The notes beneath the pieces are model-generated. The model saw nothing but the letters and a program-made list of their open reading frames with translations, did not search any database and was not told where the DNA came from. A stretch of DNA of 64,000 bases from Podarcis muralis. Lineage: Eukaryota. Location: contig NC_135667.1 in assembly GCF_964188315.1 (NCBI RefSeq), positions 11,346,001 to 11,410,000 of the forward strand. Direction: 5' to 3'. Within the stretch, counting starts at the first letter, position 1; every line of letters starts with the position of its first letter. The translations under genes were made by a program, and so were the position numbers. Positions 37,901 through 50,400 of this stretch are shown here, in pieces.

Positions 37901-39849
37901 TAGCAGAAGAAGAAGGGAAGAGTTTCTCTTCTTTTATTCCCATATTCTACCTAAGATTTCTGCCATGCTCAAGGAGGTCTCTGAGCCAAATCCCCCAATG
38001 ACAGCTGCTCCATTCTTTTGGATCCTACATTACCCCTTTCCATTACCCTTTTCAATTTAACCACTTCAAATTTATGCATCAACAGATTCCTAGTGGAAGG
38101 AGAAAAAAGTGAATTCTGGCATAAAATATCAATTTTGTGAATACCCACCTGTGGAATCTTGTAAAGACCTAAGACATCTGCCATGGATGAGGAGGTGTCA
38201 GAGCTAAGTCCCCCAATGACGCCTACTACTTTTTTCTGAATGCCACATATGTAGTTGGGGACAAAGTGATGTGATTTAAAGAGCAGATCCAGAGTGTTTC
38301 TGTAGGTCGTCCTTGAATCAAAATAGCTATCATAGATGTGGAATCCAAGAGTGACATTGGGCAAGATCTTGGGGTTCTCATTGATCTCATCAACAGCAAA
38401 CACCAAGGCGAGGATGTGTTGGTAGAACTTTGTTATCACCCTGCAAATGAAGTGAGTTACCATTTCATGAGGGAATTAAACAGGGCATGAAATTCAGAAC
38501 TGAAAGATTCACCTGCCTGCCTATCCACCTCTGGCTTGGCTTCTTAAAACAAGCTGTAGGCAATTGACTGAGGAGGTGTGAGGATTGATCAAAGCCTTGT
38601 TGGAGGATGGAGAGACACCACCTGTGGAAAGACCTGTAAAATGTGTTTCCAGGATTGACCCTCTTCCTGTGACACTATTGCTTTAACTGATTTTAATACC
38701 GAAATTTAAAATGTTGTGGCCCACTCTGGCTCTCAATTGATTGGCTGTCTAATGAACACTGCCTAATTAATTTCCCTGAGTTCTAGTATTCTGAGTGAGG
38801 GAGACAACTGTTCCCTACTGACTGTCTCCACATCATACATAACCTTAAACATATTGTCACCTCTAGCATGCCTTTTCTCTAACTTAAAAAGGGGAGATGT
38901 TCTATCCCTTTTATCATTCTGAATGTAATTTCTAAAGCTTTTCTAACAATATTGCTTTTTAGGTGAGATGACTAGAACTGTTCACAGCATTCTAAGTGTG
39001 GTCACACCAGAGATTAGTAGAGCTACATTATGATATTGAAGTTCTGTTTCCAGTCCATTGAGGGCTGCTTGCTAGAATGAATTTACCATTTTCACAGCTG
39101 CTGCACACTGGGTGCACATTTTCACTGAGGTATCCACTACAACTCCAAATTCTCATTCCTGGTCAATTGCCACTAGTTCAAATGCCCAACGTTTATGCAT
39201 AAAATTAATTTTTTTTTTGCCTGAATAAGCCTCATCTTACTCTTGCTTATACTGAATTGCCTTTTCCAGTTTACTGCCCCTGCCCCTAATCTGAAGTCCG
39301 GAAACTGCTTTGTGGTCTCTCTCTCTCTCTCTTTTTAACAACTGACCATTTGGGTATCATCAACAAACTTGACTACCTAACTGCTTGGCTATATGTTACA
39401 GGGCATTTTGTTTGTTTGTTTGTTACCCACTTTTTCTTTTCCTGCTCTCTCTTTTCTGTGTCTTTCCAGAAAAATGTGAAAAACCTTCCAGAAAAACCTT
39501 TTTTTAAAGGTTCTAAAACTCCACCCCCCAAAAAAGTGATCAAAGTACTTTTCTGTAAGATATAAACATATAAAGAAAACATACAATAATGTTAACCACA
39601 ATTTACTTACACTGGAATGTCAATAAAGACCTGAGAAGGGTGTTTCTTGAAGGAAAGCTTGGGGAATAAGTAACGGATAAAAGACACTATTCCACCAATC
39701 ACAAGGTCACCTTCTTCATACCATTCATGTGTAATATCTACAGGATTATTTCTACTGCAAACAACAGTATGCACTTGGGGCACCATGTTGGGAAGCAGCA
39801 AGAGAAGCAGCAGCAACAACATATTGATCACAAATATCCTTCTACACAT
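31936..39849 (-). CDS. V2R gene C, vomeronasal type-2 receptor, intact, 895 aa
   Basis: Exons: e1 39849-39611 (239), e2 38440-38149 (292), e3 36494-35595 (900), e4 33816-33589 (228), e5 33324-33198 (127), e6 32837-31936 (902); 2688 nt in frame, all GT-AG. Confidence 0.93.
34856..35359 (+). mobile_element. Bov-B (RTE) LINE 3' fragment with (CAA)n tail
   Basis: aaaaagcagagacatcacc...gctatggttttcccagtagtgatgtatg...ggtccatggggtcatgaagagtcggactcgactaaacgac is the classic Bov-B 3' region; absent from gene D. Confidence 0.92.
38800..39370 (-). mobile_element. Old CR1 RT fragment in gene C intron 1
   Basis: Minus strand aagtttgttgatgataccc encodes KFVDDT; homologous to 12250-12905. Confidence 0.55.
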
Positions 39850-40147
39850 ATATTCTCCTTTATCTCTCTACAATGTTGTGACTATCGTCAGCCTGACCTG
39901 TATAGGAAAGATTTGGTGACAGCCAACTCTGGCAACGCAGTACATAAATGGATATGTATCCACCTTCTCATTAACTTCAACACTGTCACAAAAAATTCTG
40001 TGAATTCCAAATAAGCTACAGTGATTTCAAATCTGACCAATACAATGAAAAAGGGAAAAATATTGAAATAGCAGAGCCTATTTTGATTTTTTATTTCCCA
40101 TTCTGCCCTTGTGGAGCTTTGCCTGGTGGATTGATTATAATAATTTA

Positions 40148-40231
40148 AATAATTACAGGGGAGACAACCATTTGTGCAATGTTTTTGGATTCTATGGTGC
40201 ATCATCAGTAGGAGAACGGCCAAAGTAAACA
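40148..40231 (-). promoter_or_regulatory. Conserved upstream block, gene C
   Basis: aataattacaggggagac (40148-40165) and gtaaaca (40225-40231). Confidence 0.5.
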
Positions 40232-41702
40232 TATCTGTCACATCACAGAATCATAGACTAGGAAGAGACCTCCAAGGTCATCAAAGTAAAAAAAACCTCA
40301 TTTATGGTCAGGCATCAATCCTCTTACTATAATACTTTGCTTTACACACACTCTCCTATGTAACATTGATCAGACACTTCCATCCACCCTACTAAGTGGA
40401 TATTTTGGGGAAATGAGGGAGAGAGTCATAACCATATCCAGATGTTGGGACCCAAGGCAATACAGTCTAACCCCTTTTGAAAAAACAAACAAAGAATGAA
40501 TCAATGTGGCATACATGAGGACATCTCTGCCATCATTCTCTCACTCTGAGGAAATACGTAATTCAGATGAATGACAGGATGGTCCCATCCATGTAAATTG
40601 TAAACCAATGATAGACAATGTTGTTCACTCTGAATTTTGCTGCATTACAGCTTCCTTCATCCCTGATAATAATGGTCTGTTGTAAACGGATGGAAGTTGT
40701 AGTCCAGCAACAGCTGGAGGGAAACAGATTGACTACCTCTGGTGTAAGGGAAAGTTTCTGGGGTAGAAATAGGCTTCCTCTCTGATGTGATCTTTATCTG
40801 CCAGGGATGTGTCATATAATAGATCCTTTTGAGTCTGGCGCACTTGCTAAGGCAAGAACCATGATTTCCCGACTCCTATGCAAACCTCACATCGGTCCAG
40901 AAATGAGATTCAAGGAGTTTAGATGTCCTGGTTCACCATGAGAGCTTTTAGATTGGTTTGAGGTGTGTCACATGATGCGTCATGTGATGCTGCCTGGCAT
41001 GTGCTGGGTAGGGGCGGAACACACAGAAGGCAATCTCTGTGCTTGCTCATCCCAGCCCCAGCCCGGCTATTGGGCTGCCAGACTGCTGGGCTGCAGCTGG
41101 GACGAGTGAAGCAAGATCATACATGCTTGCCCCAGCTACCACATGACTCCTGGGCTGCCAGGCAGAAGCTGGGGCTGGGGTGTGTAGAGAGCGCCCAGCC
41201 GTGGTGGGGCGTGGCATCCCCCTAAACATGGGGGAAGCTGAAGCCCTATACCTGGTGCCACTGATTGCTCTGAGTCCTTACCAGAGCAGAAAGTGAATCT
41301 CTTCATTGCCTAATTGCCTCCACCTGGTGGTCTTTAACTCCTTTAGTTTCTGGACTCACACAGCCAACCATATACACTGGTTTAGTTGCTAGTGCAATTA
41401 GGCAGAGTGTGAATAACAAGGCTTCAAAGTTGAACTGAAACACAATTAGCTTTTAATACAGGGTGCTTTAGTAATGTGGCAATAGAAACAATGACTGTGA
41501 AGAGATCTTTTTAAAAAAAGAATTTTATTTTAAAACAGTTGAGTAGTTAAACTGAAGAGCTCACAAATATAGCAAGACTCTTCCCAATAAACAGTGCCTA
41601 GATCTGTTCCTCGAATCAGACAACCTACTCTGCCTCACACTGCTATTTATATAGATCTTATTTCTCAACCTTCTCACCAATCAGAAGCATAGTAGAATTC
41701 TG

Positions 41703-43575
41703 GGGGACTTCCGGGTTGGCGCCATCGCCGAATGGCGGATTCCCTCCGAGCTCTGGAGGGAATCTGCTCGGCAGGGGTTGGGTTGTGCTGCGCCGGCGAC
41801 GCGGGGACCCTCAAAAACCATGGGCGCGGAAGCCCGTGGACCTGGTGACTCGGCGGGCACCGTTAGCGCCCCCGACCCGCGAAGGAGCCTTTTTAAAGGC
41901 TACGGAGCGGGTGACGGGGAGCGGCGCGGTGCTGTGAGTCTTCTGCTTCCCCTGCCAAGCGAAGCCGCATGCCATTTGATGGAGAGCGCTGACTTCTTCT
42001 TCTAAAAAATTGGACTAATTAGAAACAAGAACCCGTGAGTAATTGGGAAATTGGACTAAAAATCTTTTTTGGATTCGGTACGAGCGGGGGAGGTGCAAAG
42101 AGGAAGTCCGTCTCCCCCTAATTGTAAACAATTTAAAGCAAGGATTTGATAACTAAGGTCGAGTGAAGAGCCTTTCTTTATTGGAGAAAAATCATTAATT
42201 GCACGGATTGATAGTATAAGTAATTGTGCTGGAGGATGAGCTAACTTTTTGAGTGAAATTGCCACCCCCCCCCGGGACCGGGAGTGATCCGTGAGAGGAG
42301 CCTGCTGAGGAGATACAGAAAATTTTGACAGCTGTCAGATTAGCTGTCAAAGTCGGAAAAATAGAGAACTTTATTTCTGATGTTTTTGCTGGTTAAACTA
42401 GACACAATATAGTTACAAGTTGCTGAAAATAAGAAGGATTGAAACAAACTAACTTGACTTTTGGGCTGGAAAGTGAAAGGAATACCGAACAACCAGAATC
42501 CCTCTAGAGGGGGTTCAGGGACATTACAAGAATGGAAATAGGTTGGAAAATACTAGCTGACCTGGATGAGGTTGCTTTTCTCATGAGAAAGTTGCAAAAG
42601 TTGTATGAGCAAGGTCATGTTTTGTCTACAAGTGATGTAACTTCGAAGTCAATAGCAAATGTATCCACTGAGTTGGAAAAGGATTTGAGCTACAAAACCC
42701 AGGCAGCTGAACAAGAAAATGAACAAGAGGAACAGGAAGGAGGGGCTGCAGAACTGCAGAAGGCAAAGGAGAGCCGGAGGCCTGTCAACATGGATGAAAA
42801 TAAAGATTGGAAGAGGAAAATTTGGTTTGAACTTAAAAAGGAGGAATGGAAAGATCTCCTTTTGTGGGGATCTGAAGATCTATGGACCATAAAGTTGAAC
42901 AAGGTGGAAGTTGGAGCCTTTGGACTATTTGGACTTAAAACGATTAAAGAACAAGATTTTAGCTCCAACTTTAAACAGGGAGGTCTGGCTGGAAGGAACA
43001 TGGACATTATAGGGATAGTGCCCCTCCGAGAGCTGGTGTTAAATACAAAGGACTTACAAAGAAACGGGCAGAGAGGGACTGAGAGAGACTTGAGAGCCTC
43101 GGACGTGAGGTTGCCAGGCTGATAGTAGATGGATTAATGGATATTGGTTTGGGGATCGAAACCGGGGAAGGGAGGGTGGGGTTTGGAAATCCAAAGGGTG
43201 TCTGAATCTTTTTTTTTACATTTTTCTTCTTAATTTTTTGCTGTTATTAGTATAAAGATGGGGAATTCGTGGAAGGGAAATTGGGTCGACCTTAGGAAAA
43301 ATTTTAAGTATAAATGATTGATGTTTATAAGTTAAAAGTTGATATATAAATTGAATTAAATATAATAACAAATTAAGGTTAAAAATTTAGGGTTAAGAAC
43401 TTGTTGGATAAATATTCTGGACATGGAATACAAGAAGGGGAGGTGAGGGGAAGTTCTGGAAAGAAGTTACTGAAAATCTGGAATGTAATGAATGAATTAT
43501 TTTCTTTTTTTCTTTTTGTTTTTTGTGTATATATATTTTTGAAACTTTAATAAATATTATTTTAAAAAAAGAAGA
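41703..43575 (+). mobile_element. Non-autonomous L1-type retroposon with a single short ORF (HAL1-like), copy 1, full length
   Basis: 20-bp TSD agaagcatagtagaattctg (41683-41702 and 43576-43595); GC-rich 5' end ggggacttccggg; AATAAA at ~43549 followed by an A-rich tail; empty site at 53311-53331; second copy from 62256. Confidence 0.85.
42532..43122 (+). CDS. Uncharacterised 196-aa ORF of the HAL1-like element, copy 1
   Basis: Uninterrupted ORF with the same start (acattacaagaATGg) and stop (ccaggcTGAtag) context as 63118-63747; no RT or endonuclease motifs. Confidence 0.6.
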   Translation: MEIGWKILADLDEVAFLMRKLQKLYEQGHVLSTSDVTSKSIANVSTELEKDLSYKTQAAEQENEQEEQEGGAAELQKAKESRRPVNMDENKDWKRKIWFELKKEEWKDLLLWGSEDLWTIKLNKVEVGAFGLFGLKTIKEQDFSSNFKQGGLAGRNMDIIGIVPLRELVLNTKDLQRNGQRGTERDLRASDVRLPG

Positions 43576-44474
43576 AGAAGCATAGTAGAATTCTGCTTAG
43601 GTTCCCATTAGTCCAAACTGTAGCTGGCTCTCTTGTGTATTTTTATGTATCTCATAAGAAGCGTTTCAAGGAAACAATCATTATCCGAAAAACAAACACA
43701 AGATAGGTGACATCCATTCATGAGTAGAAAATACTTCCATGACAAGAGAAGGGAAGAGTCATAGCTCACCAGCATCTTCTTGTGCTGATGATCAAGCTGC
43801 AGGTTGAAAGAGACATTAGTCTTGTGGTGTGAGGTACAAGGCAGGGAGGAGAATTAGGAGGCATCTGGCTTTTAAAGTCTCTGGGGAAGACATACCTGAT
43901 GATCAGATATGTTTCAGAGTAAACACAGCTTTTCCAGCCTGGTGCCTGCTTCCAATTTTGCCTGATATCCGTCTCCAACAGCCCCAGATCAGTTTGCATC
44001 ATACAACCCAAACCAGAGCAACTCAACATGAGTTATCCAAAATCCTCCCAAATAGATTGAGCAACACTCTCACTCACTATAAGGCGGATTTTGATGTTCT
44101 CCTTTCCCTTTCCCCCTCTCTGCAGTTTTCTAAGAATTCCCAAAAACTGCTCAAGAGAGCTTCAGAACATCTTGGGAAAATATGGGGACCACTCGGTGTA
44201 TGCAGGAGAAGGAGAGTATAGGATGGTTATTGTACAATCAGACTTTCACTCATGCAATGCTGGGTATCACATATAGTTTTATTCCATCACAGAGTGTCAA
44301 TTTATTTCCACCAAATATGTTTGTATGCTGAATACAAAGAACATGCTAAAAAAATCTCTTATATTATTCATCTATTTTCAGATATCATTTCTCAGACAAG
44401 TACAGTGAAACTGAACCTGGCCAGAAAGAATACAGAACCTAAATCTCAAAATAAACGACAATCTCTTCTACCAT

Positions 44475-47400
44475 TTAAATCTTTCTCCGTATCAGTTGCT
44501 CTCTGTTGTTCAGGTCGGGCCTCGCCACAATAATGTAGCATTTTGGGGAAAAGATGCAACCCAGCAGCCCAGCACTGGAAGCCAAGATGGAGAAGATCTC
44601 CACAGCCACCATGTATTTTCCTCTGGTGCTCAGATAAGTTGGAACAAATGAAAGCCAAACACTGCAGAAGACCAGCATGCTGAAGGTGATGAACTTGGCT
44701 TCATTGAAGCTGTCCGGCAACTTTCTGGCTAAGAAGGCCACAGTGAAGCTGACAGTGGCCAGGAACCCCATGTAGCCCAAAACACAATAGAACATGGAGA
44801 CTGACCCTTCATTACAAAGAAATATCATTTCTTCAGTCATTGAGTCCATGTCCACATCGGGGAATGGGGGAGAGGTTGCCAGCCAGAAGGCACAGATTCC
44901 TACTTGAACAATGGAGCTGGAGAGGACAATGGAATATGCCAGTTTTTTGCCTACCCATCTCCTGATTGTGGATCCTGGCTTGGTAGCCATGAATGCCAAA
45001 ACCACTGATATAGTTTTGGCCAAGATGCTGGAGAGGGCCACAGAGAAGACAATGCCAAAACTTGTTTGTCGGAGAAGGCAGGTTGCCTCCTTAGGTGTTC
45101 CAATGAACATCAAGGAGCAGAGAAAACACAAGAGGAGGCAGAATAGGAGAATGTAGGTGAGGCTTCTGTTGTTGGCTTTGACTATGGCAGTGTCCCTGTA
45201 CTTAATGAAGATGCCAAGCACAAGAATTGTGATCAGAGAGAATAAAAGTACAGAGAATATTGAAACAATGGCCAAAGTTTCATCAAAGCCCAGGAAATTT
45301 GGTCTCTTTGAAATGCAGTGATCCTGGTCTTCATTTGGATACTGACCTGCAGGGCACCTGACACATATTTCCATCTCTGTAAATACAATGTACAAGAAAA
45401 ATGAAAGAACCATGATTATGCTAAAGAATTTTGTTATCAGAAATGTGGGAGATTTTATAAAACCAAACATAATTGTGCATAACTGCCAGTAAGTAACCCC
45501 TGTTAAGGGACACAGAGCTGTAAGTTACTATAAAGAGTGAGTCAAGCCCTTCACATTTTCTTCAATTCAGGCAGCTGTTTTTTTCTTTGTAGTTCCCTAC
45601 ACATGTTGGATTTTATTCTTAATTGGTATTCAGTAGTTATTACCCAACATGAACTCCACTTTGCATACTGTTTTTCACCCGGAAAAACTTCAAAAACCCT
45701 AGCCAGAATGCTTTCGCCCTAGATGCTTCACAAATAAACCCATGTTACAAATGTGGATAAGCTATATGTTTTCACTGGTGCTTTTCTTTTTTTCTCAGAA
45801 CGTCCAATACTGCATAGTTAAATGAGAGAAATATTACAGCTGAAATCTTGGGAGCAAGAGAGGTGATTTTGACAGGACTTTCACCCTCACTCCCCCAAAT
45901 CCTGCTCCTAAAGAAGGGGCCACCACTTCTATTCCACCCTAAGTTAGTCAATGTTGGTGGGAAAAGTCAAAACAGTGGTACCTCGCAAGACGAATGCCTC
46001 GCAAGACAAAAGGGTTTTTTGTTTTTTGAGCTGCTTCGCAAGACGATTTTCCCTATGGGCTTGCTTCGCAAGACGGAAACGTCTTGCAAGTTTGTTTCCT
46101 TTTTCTTAACACTGTTAATACAGTTGCGACTTGACTTCGAGGAGCAACTCATAGCACGCGGTGTGGTAGCCTTTTTTGAGGTTTTTGAAGACTTTGGTGA
46201 TTTTTGAAACTTTTCCAAAACTTTTCCAATACCGTGCTTCGCAAGACGAAAAAAATCGCAAGACGACAAAACTCGTGGAACGAATTAATTTCGTCTTGCG
46301 AGGCACCACTGTACCTCCCTTTCTAAAATATGTTCTTCCAGATTTGTTAAGGATAACATTATATTGATTTTATCTATAAACCAAGAGAATAATATATCAA
46401 GCCATAATTTAAACATTTTCTCTTCCAGAAATTTAAAGACAACAAAACTGTCCAGAATTTACTAAAATAAATTGTATAGTTTGGTATATGCTAACACGGC
46501 ATCTCTCACCCTTCTCATTTGAGAACATCTCATGTGGACATGGATCACAATCATAACAGCAAAACTTCTCCCCCTCCTTCTTTCTCTTCCCATAACCAGG
46601 ATGGCAGTTGGCATTACATAATGAAAGCGGCGGTTCCTATCCAAAGATATAAGAAAAGGTTAATATTAAGGAAATGTTTGGGGCAAATAAATCTAACATA
46701 AGGTGATCTATCAGTAAATAATGTGAAATTCATATTTACACAGGTGAAAAGTCCTTTGGAAGAAAACTTTCTTTTCCCTTCCAGTGAATTACAAATTTAA
46801 TTATGTATTAAGTGAGGAACTGCTTCCTTCCCCCACTCACACCCCATCTTATTGGATAACTATGAATGTTGCCATTTGAGAGCCAGAGCAGTTATTTTCT
46901 CACCTGAGTGAAGCCACTGTGCCATTTGATTCTGTCGACATTGATGGTGAGCTCCTTGCCAGGAGGGGCCTGAGGATCCAGCCTCCCCACTTTGACCCTG
47001 ACATATGACCTGTTTCGGAAAGTGACTAAATTTGTAATAGCAAAGCCAGCTGCTAACTCTCCATATTCATTTAATGTGATTTCATCACCACCGCTGTTGT
47101 TGAATGAGATCCTCTTCAGAAATGAGTGGACCTAGATGAAAAGAGAACCACAAGGTCTATAAAGGCAGGAGAAGGACAGTTGTGTGTGGGACTCCCCATC
47201 CAGAAGGGAGTAACTGTGTCCCTAAAGGTTGGGAGTCCAGAATTTCCGTAATCTCTAAAAATGTCCAGGGAAATCCGTACGTATGGCAACCCACATTGGT
47301 ATTGCTGTAATATTTTCTTTTTGTGCGAAATTGGCAAAAAAGCTCAATAACTCTTGGTAAAGCTTTTCTGTCTTGATTTTCACTGTTTGAAATATAGCAA

Positions 47401-50400
47401 ACTTCAGTTGTTAAGTATTACTATTATTATTATTTCATCTTATACACTGCCCTATACCTGGAATCTAAGGGCGGTTCACAACAAGACCACAACATATAAA
47501 ATCAAACCAAAAGCACATAATACAATTACGGCACACTTAAGCCACACGTTTCTAAACAAAATCCCTATCCCCAACCAAAACATCGTTCAGATTTATGTTA
47601 CTGCCCACCGCCCCTAGCATATAACAATTGTCAATTTAATTGCCGCTTGATATTTAGGACGACCCTTGGTTCTAACAGTTCAAATAGTAGCTATTACTTG
47701 AGAGATATTAGTGTTTCAAGTTTTATTATTATTATAATATAAAATCAAACCAAAAGCAATAACCCAATAAACCCAACAGGAGTTGCTGTTAGTTTCTTGC
47801 TTATGAAAGCACATGTCATTTAAATTATTTTTATTCATTTTCTAATACCCAACTTGGATACCACAACATTAATTAAGGTGTATTTTTATCGAGGTCTATT
47901 CTTTTATTTCTTTACTTATAATGCATTGCCAACACACATAAAACAATCAAGGCAGTGCACAACACTGAACACTTCATAAACAACACTTTCTAGCAGGAAA
48001 CTCTACCTGCCAAGGTTCCAGATTTTGATGAGAGAGTCTGTCTCCACCGTCTGTTCTGTTGTGGATGGTTCTAGCTGAATACATGATCTGTAAGGCATGT
48101 GCCAAAGCATAGACAGCATTATAGATACTGTAGCTGTGGCCGGTCATGCTCATTTCAAAATATGGTGCAGGAAGGCTCTCCAGCTTCTCCCCTCCGGTAC
48201 ATGTGCCATCAATGTATTTTGACACAGAGGCGTTTGAAACTGAACAACCAAATGCTTGTTCCCATAAATCTTTGATAAAACCATTTCTATCTTCCCAATA
48301 AGGGTTTACTTGTTGAAGAAAACCTTGGAAGCTGTGAGTCTCCTTGGAGTGGATAGCAAAGGAGATAGCACCATGGAACATTTGTAAGTTAAAGTCAAAA
48401 TCTTTTTGAAACTTATCTAATATGAAATCAAATTGAGCTGTTGTAATCCACACTTTTCCTTCAGGTAACTTAATATATTGATGATTTATTTGCAGAATTA
48501 TCTTCATGGTCTTTTCAGTCCTTAACAGCCATGCAATAGTTTGACTTTCTCCGTATATAACAACAGCATTTGCTTTGCTCATTATGAAAACTCGTGTGAA
48601 TAGCTTTGAGAAATGCACCAAATCGTCTACCATATTAAGCATGTTATGTTTGAAATGCAGATGGTATTCAATCGTTTCTGTGAATGCAGAACATATCTGA
48701 TTCTTGAAAAGCATTGGCTCAATAGTCTGTAGGAAACGTTCTCCAGCTTCATTATCTGTAGTGATGAGCCCAACCCATTTCCATCTGAAATACAAAAGCA
48801 ACTGGATAATTCCCTGATACTGAAGTCCTTCATTGGGGACCATGCGGTAAAAGGAAGGGAATTTGATTTGATTATCTGCGGCTCGTTGAAATGAACCATA
48901 TGAAATCTGAAAAAAAGGAAAAGCCAAACTGTTCAAGTGGAAACAAGAAATTACAATGCACCCATTTATCTGAATATAAATCCTATATACCCAAATGTAC
49001 TCATTTTAGGAATGCCATTCTCCTTACATAGAAAAATGCACACAAATAATTGTGCTTATTAATTTCTGTAGCTATTGATTCTTAATATTATTGAGTCATC
49101 ACATTTGTACACATTGATTGTACAAATCCGAGTATTTGGTGCATTTATTATTTTTGATTGTTACTGCTTTCTGCACTAAGTGGATGATTTAACAAAACTC
49201 CAATCTGGAGCTGGAGCAACAGAAACCACTGATCCTGCTCTTTTGTTCTATAACCCTTATAGCAGGGGTCGGCAACACTGTATGTTGTAGCAGGATTGGT
49301 ATCTGAGAGCAGCAAGGAAGTAAAGAATTTCCCTGAGCACCCTGAGTACTTATGAAGTAGTGGGGAAATCAGGCTAATACAAACGCCTCTGTAATATAGG
49401 CACTGGAGAAGGACATGCTGTACCGTTTCTATTTGTCCTAAGTCACAGGGGCATTGCCTCTCCAAGTATTCAATCTTCCTGTATTGACCTTCAATAACAG
49501 CCGAGGGGAGGGCATGACATCGAGCCAGGTTAAAAGCCCTTCGGTGTTTAGGGACTTCGAGTTTAGTTAGATATGCCATAGGGGAGGCAAAGTACCTGGT
49601 GGATTCCTTGGCAAGAAAAGTCCTGGCTAGATCCAATTGGCTCTCTGTGTCTACTACACATGTTTAAAATGAGTGCTTTAGCCTGAACATATCCCATGCT
49701 AAGTAGAAGACCTGGAAAGAAGCCCAGGGATGAGATTTTAGTTGCCACTGCCTGTTTCCACGTGGATTGAAAAATCATCATTCATAGTTGGTGGGGCAAG
49801 GCCATGGGGAAAATAAGGATAGTTTAAGCCAATCATTGAGTCTGGTCACCCACACTCTAGCCTCCACTTTTGTGAAGCTTGTCTCTAGTCTCAGAGAAGC
49901 ATTAGAGACACATTTTGGGACTTGAAGGACTGACCTTAGAAATTTGGATTGCACAAGTTCTAGTGGTGCAAAATCGGAAAAGAGACCCAAGTGGGCACCA
50001 TAGAGAAGTTGTGCTATAGGCTTGGCTTCAGATAATTTGAGTGCTGCTGGTATATAAGGACAACCTCTTGTTTTAAAAAAATTAAGAATTGCTGGTAAGC
50101 TTCTCTGAGCAATTTCAGCAGCATAGTCCCCATGGGCTTTCCTACTGACAGTAGAATGGAAGACTAACCCCAGGTATTTGAAGCAGGAGACCTGCTCAAT
50201 CTTGTGGCCATCTATGCTCCAGGAGCAGCTCCTAGGCCTTTTGGCAAATGCCATGATTTTAGTTTTCTGATAATTAAGTTCTAGCTGGTCCTCCTTACAG
50301 TACTGTATTAATGTTCTCAGAGCTCTTTTGAGGCCAATATGTGTTCTTAAAAGTATTGCTGCATCATCTGCATAGAGCAGGAGAGAGATGTGTCTTTCTA

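Noticed and set aside
47493-47759. 22-bp repeat atataaaatcaaaccaaaagca at ~47493 and ~47737
   Set aside because: Both copies sit next to (TTA)n tails of short reverse-oriented LINE 3' ends; best explained as two small insertions of one family, not a distinct system.
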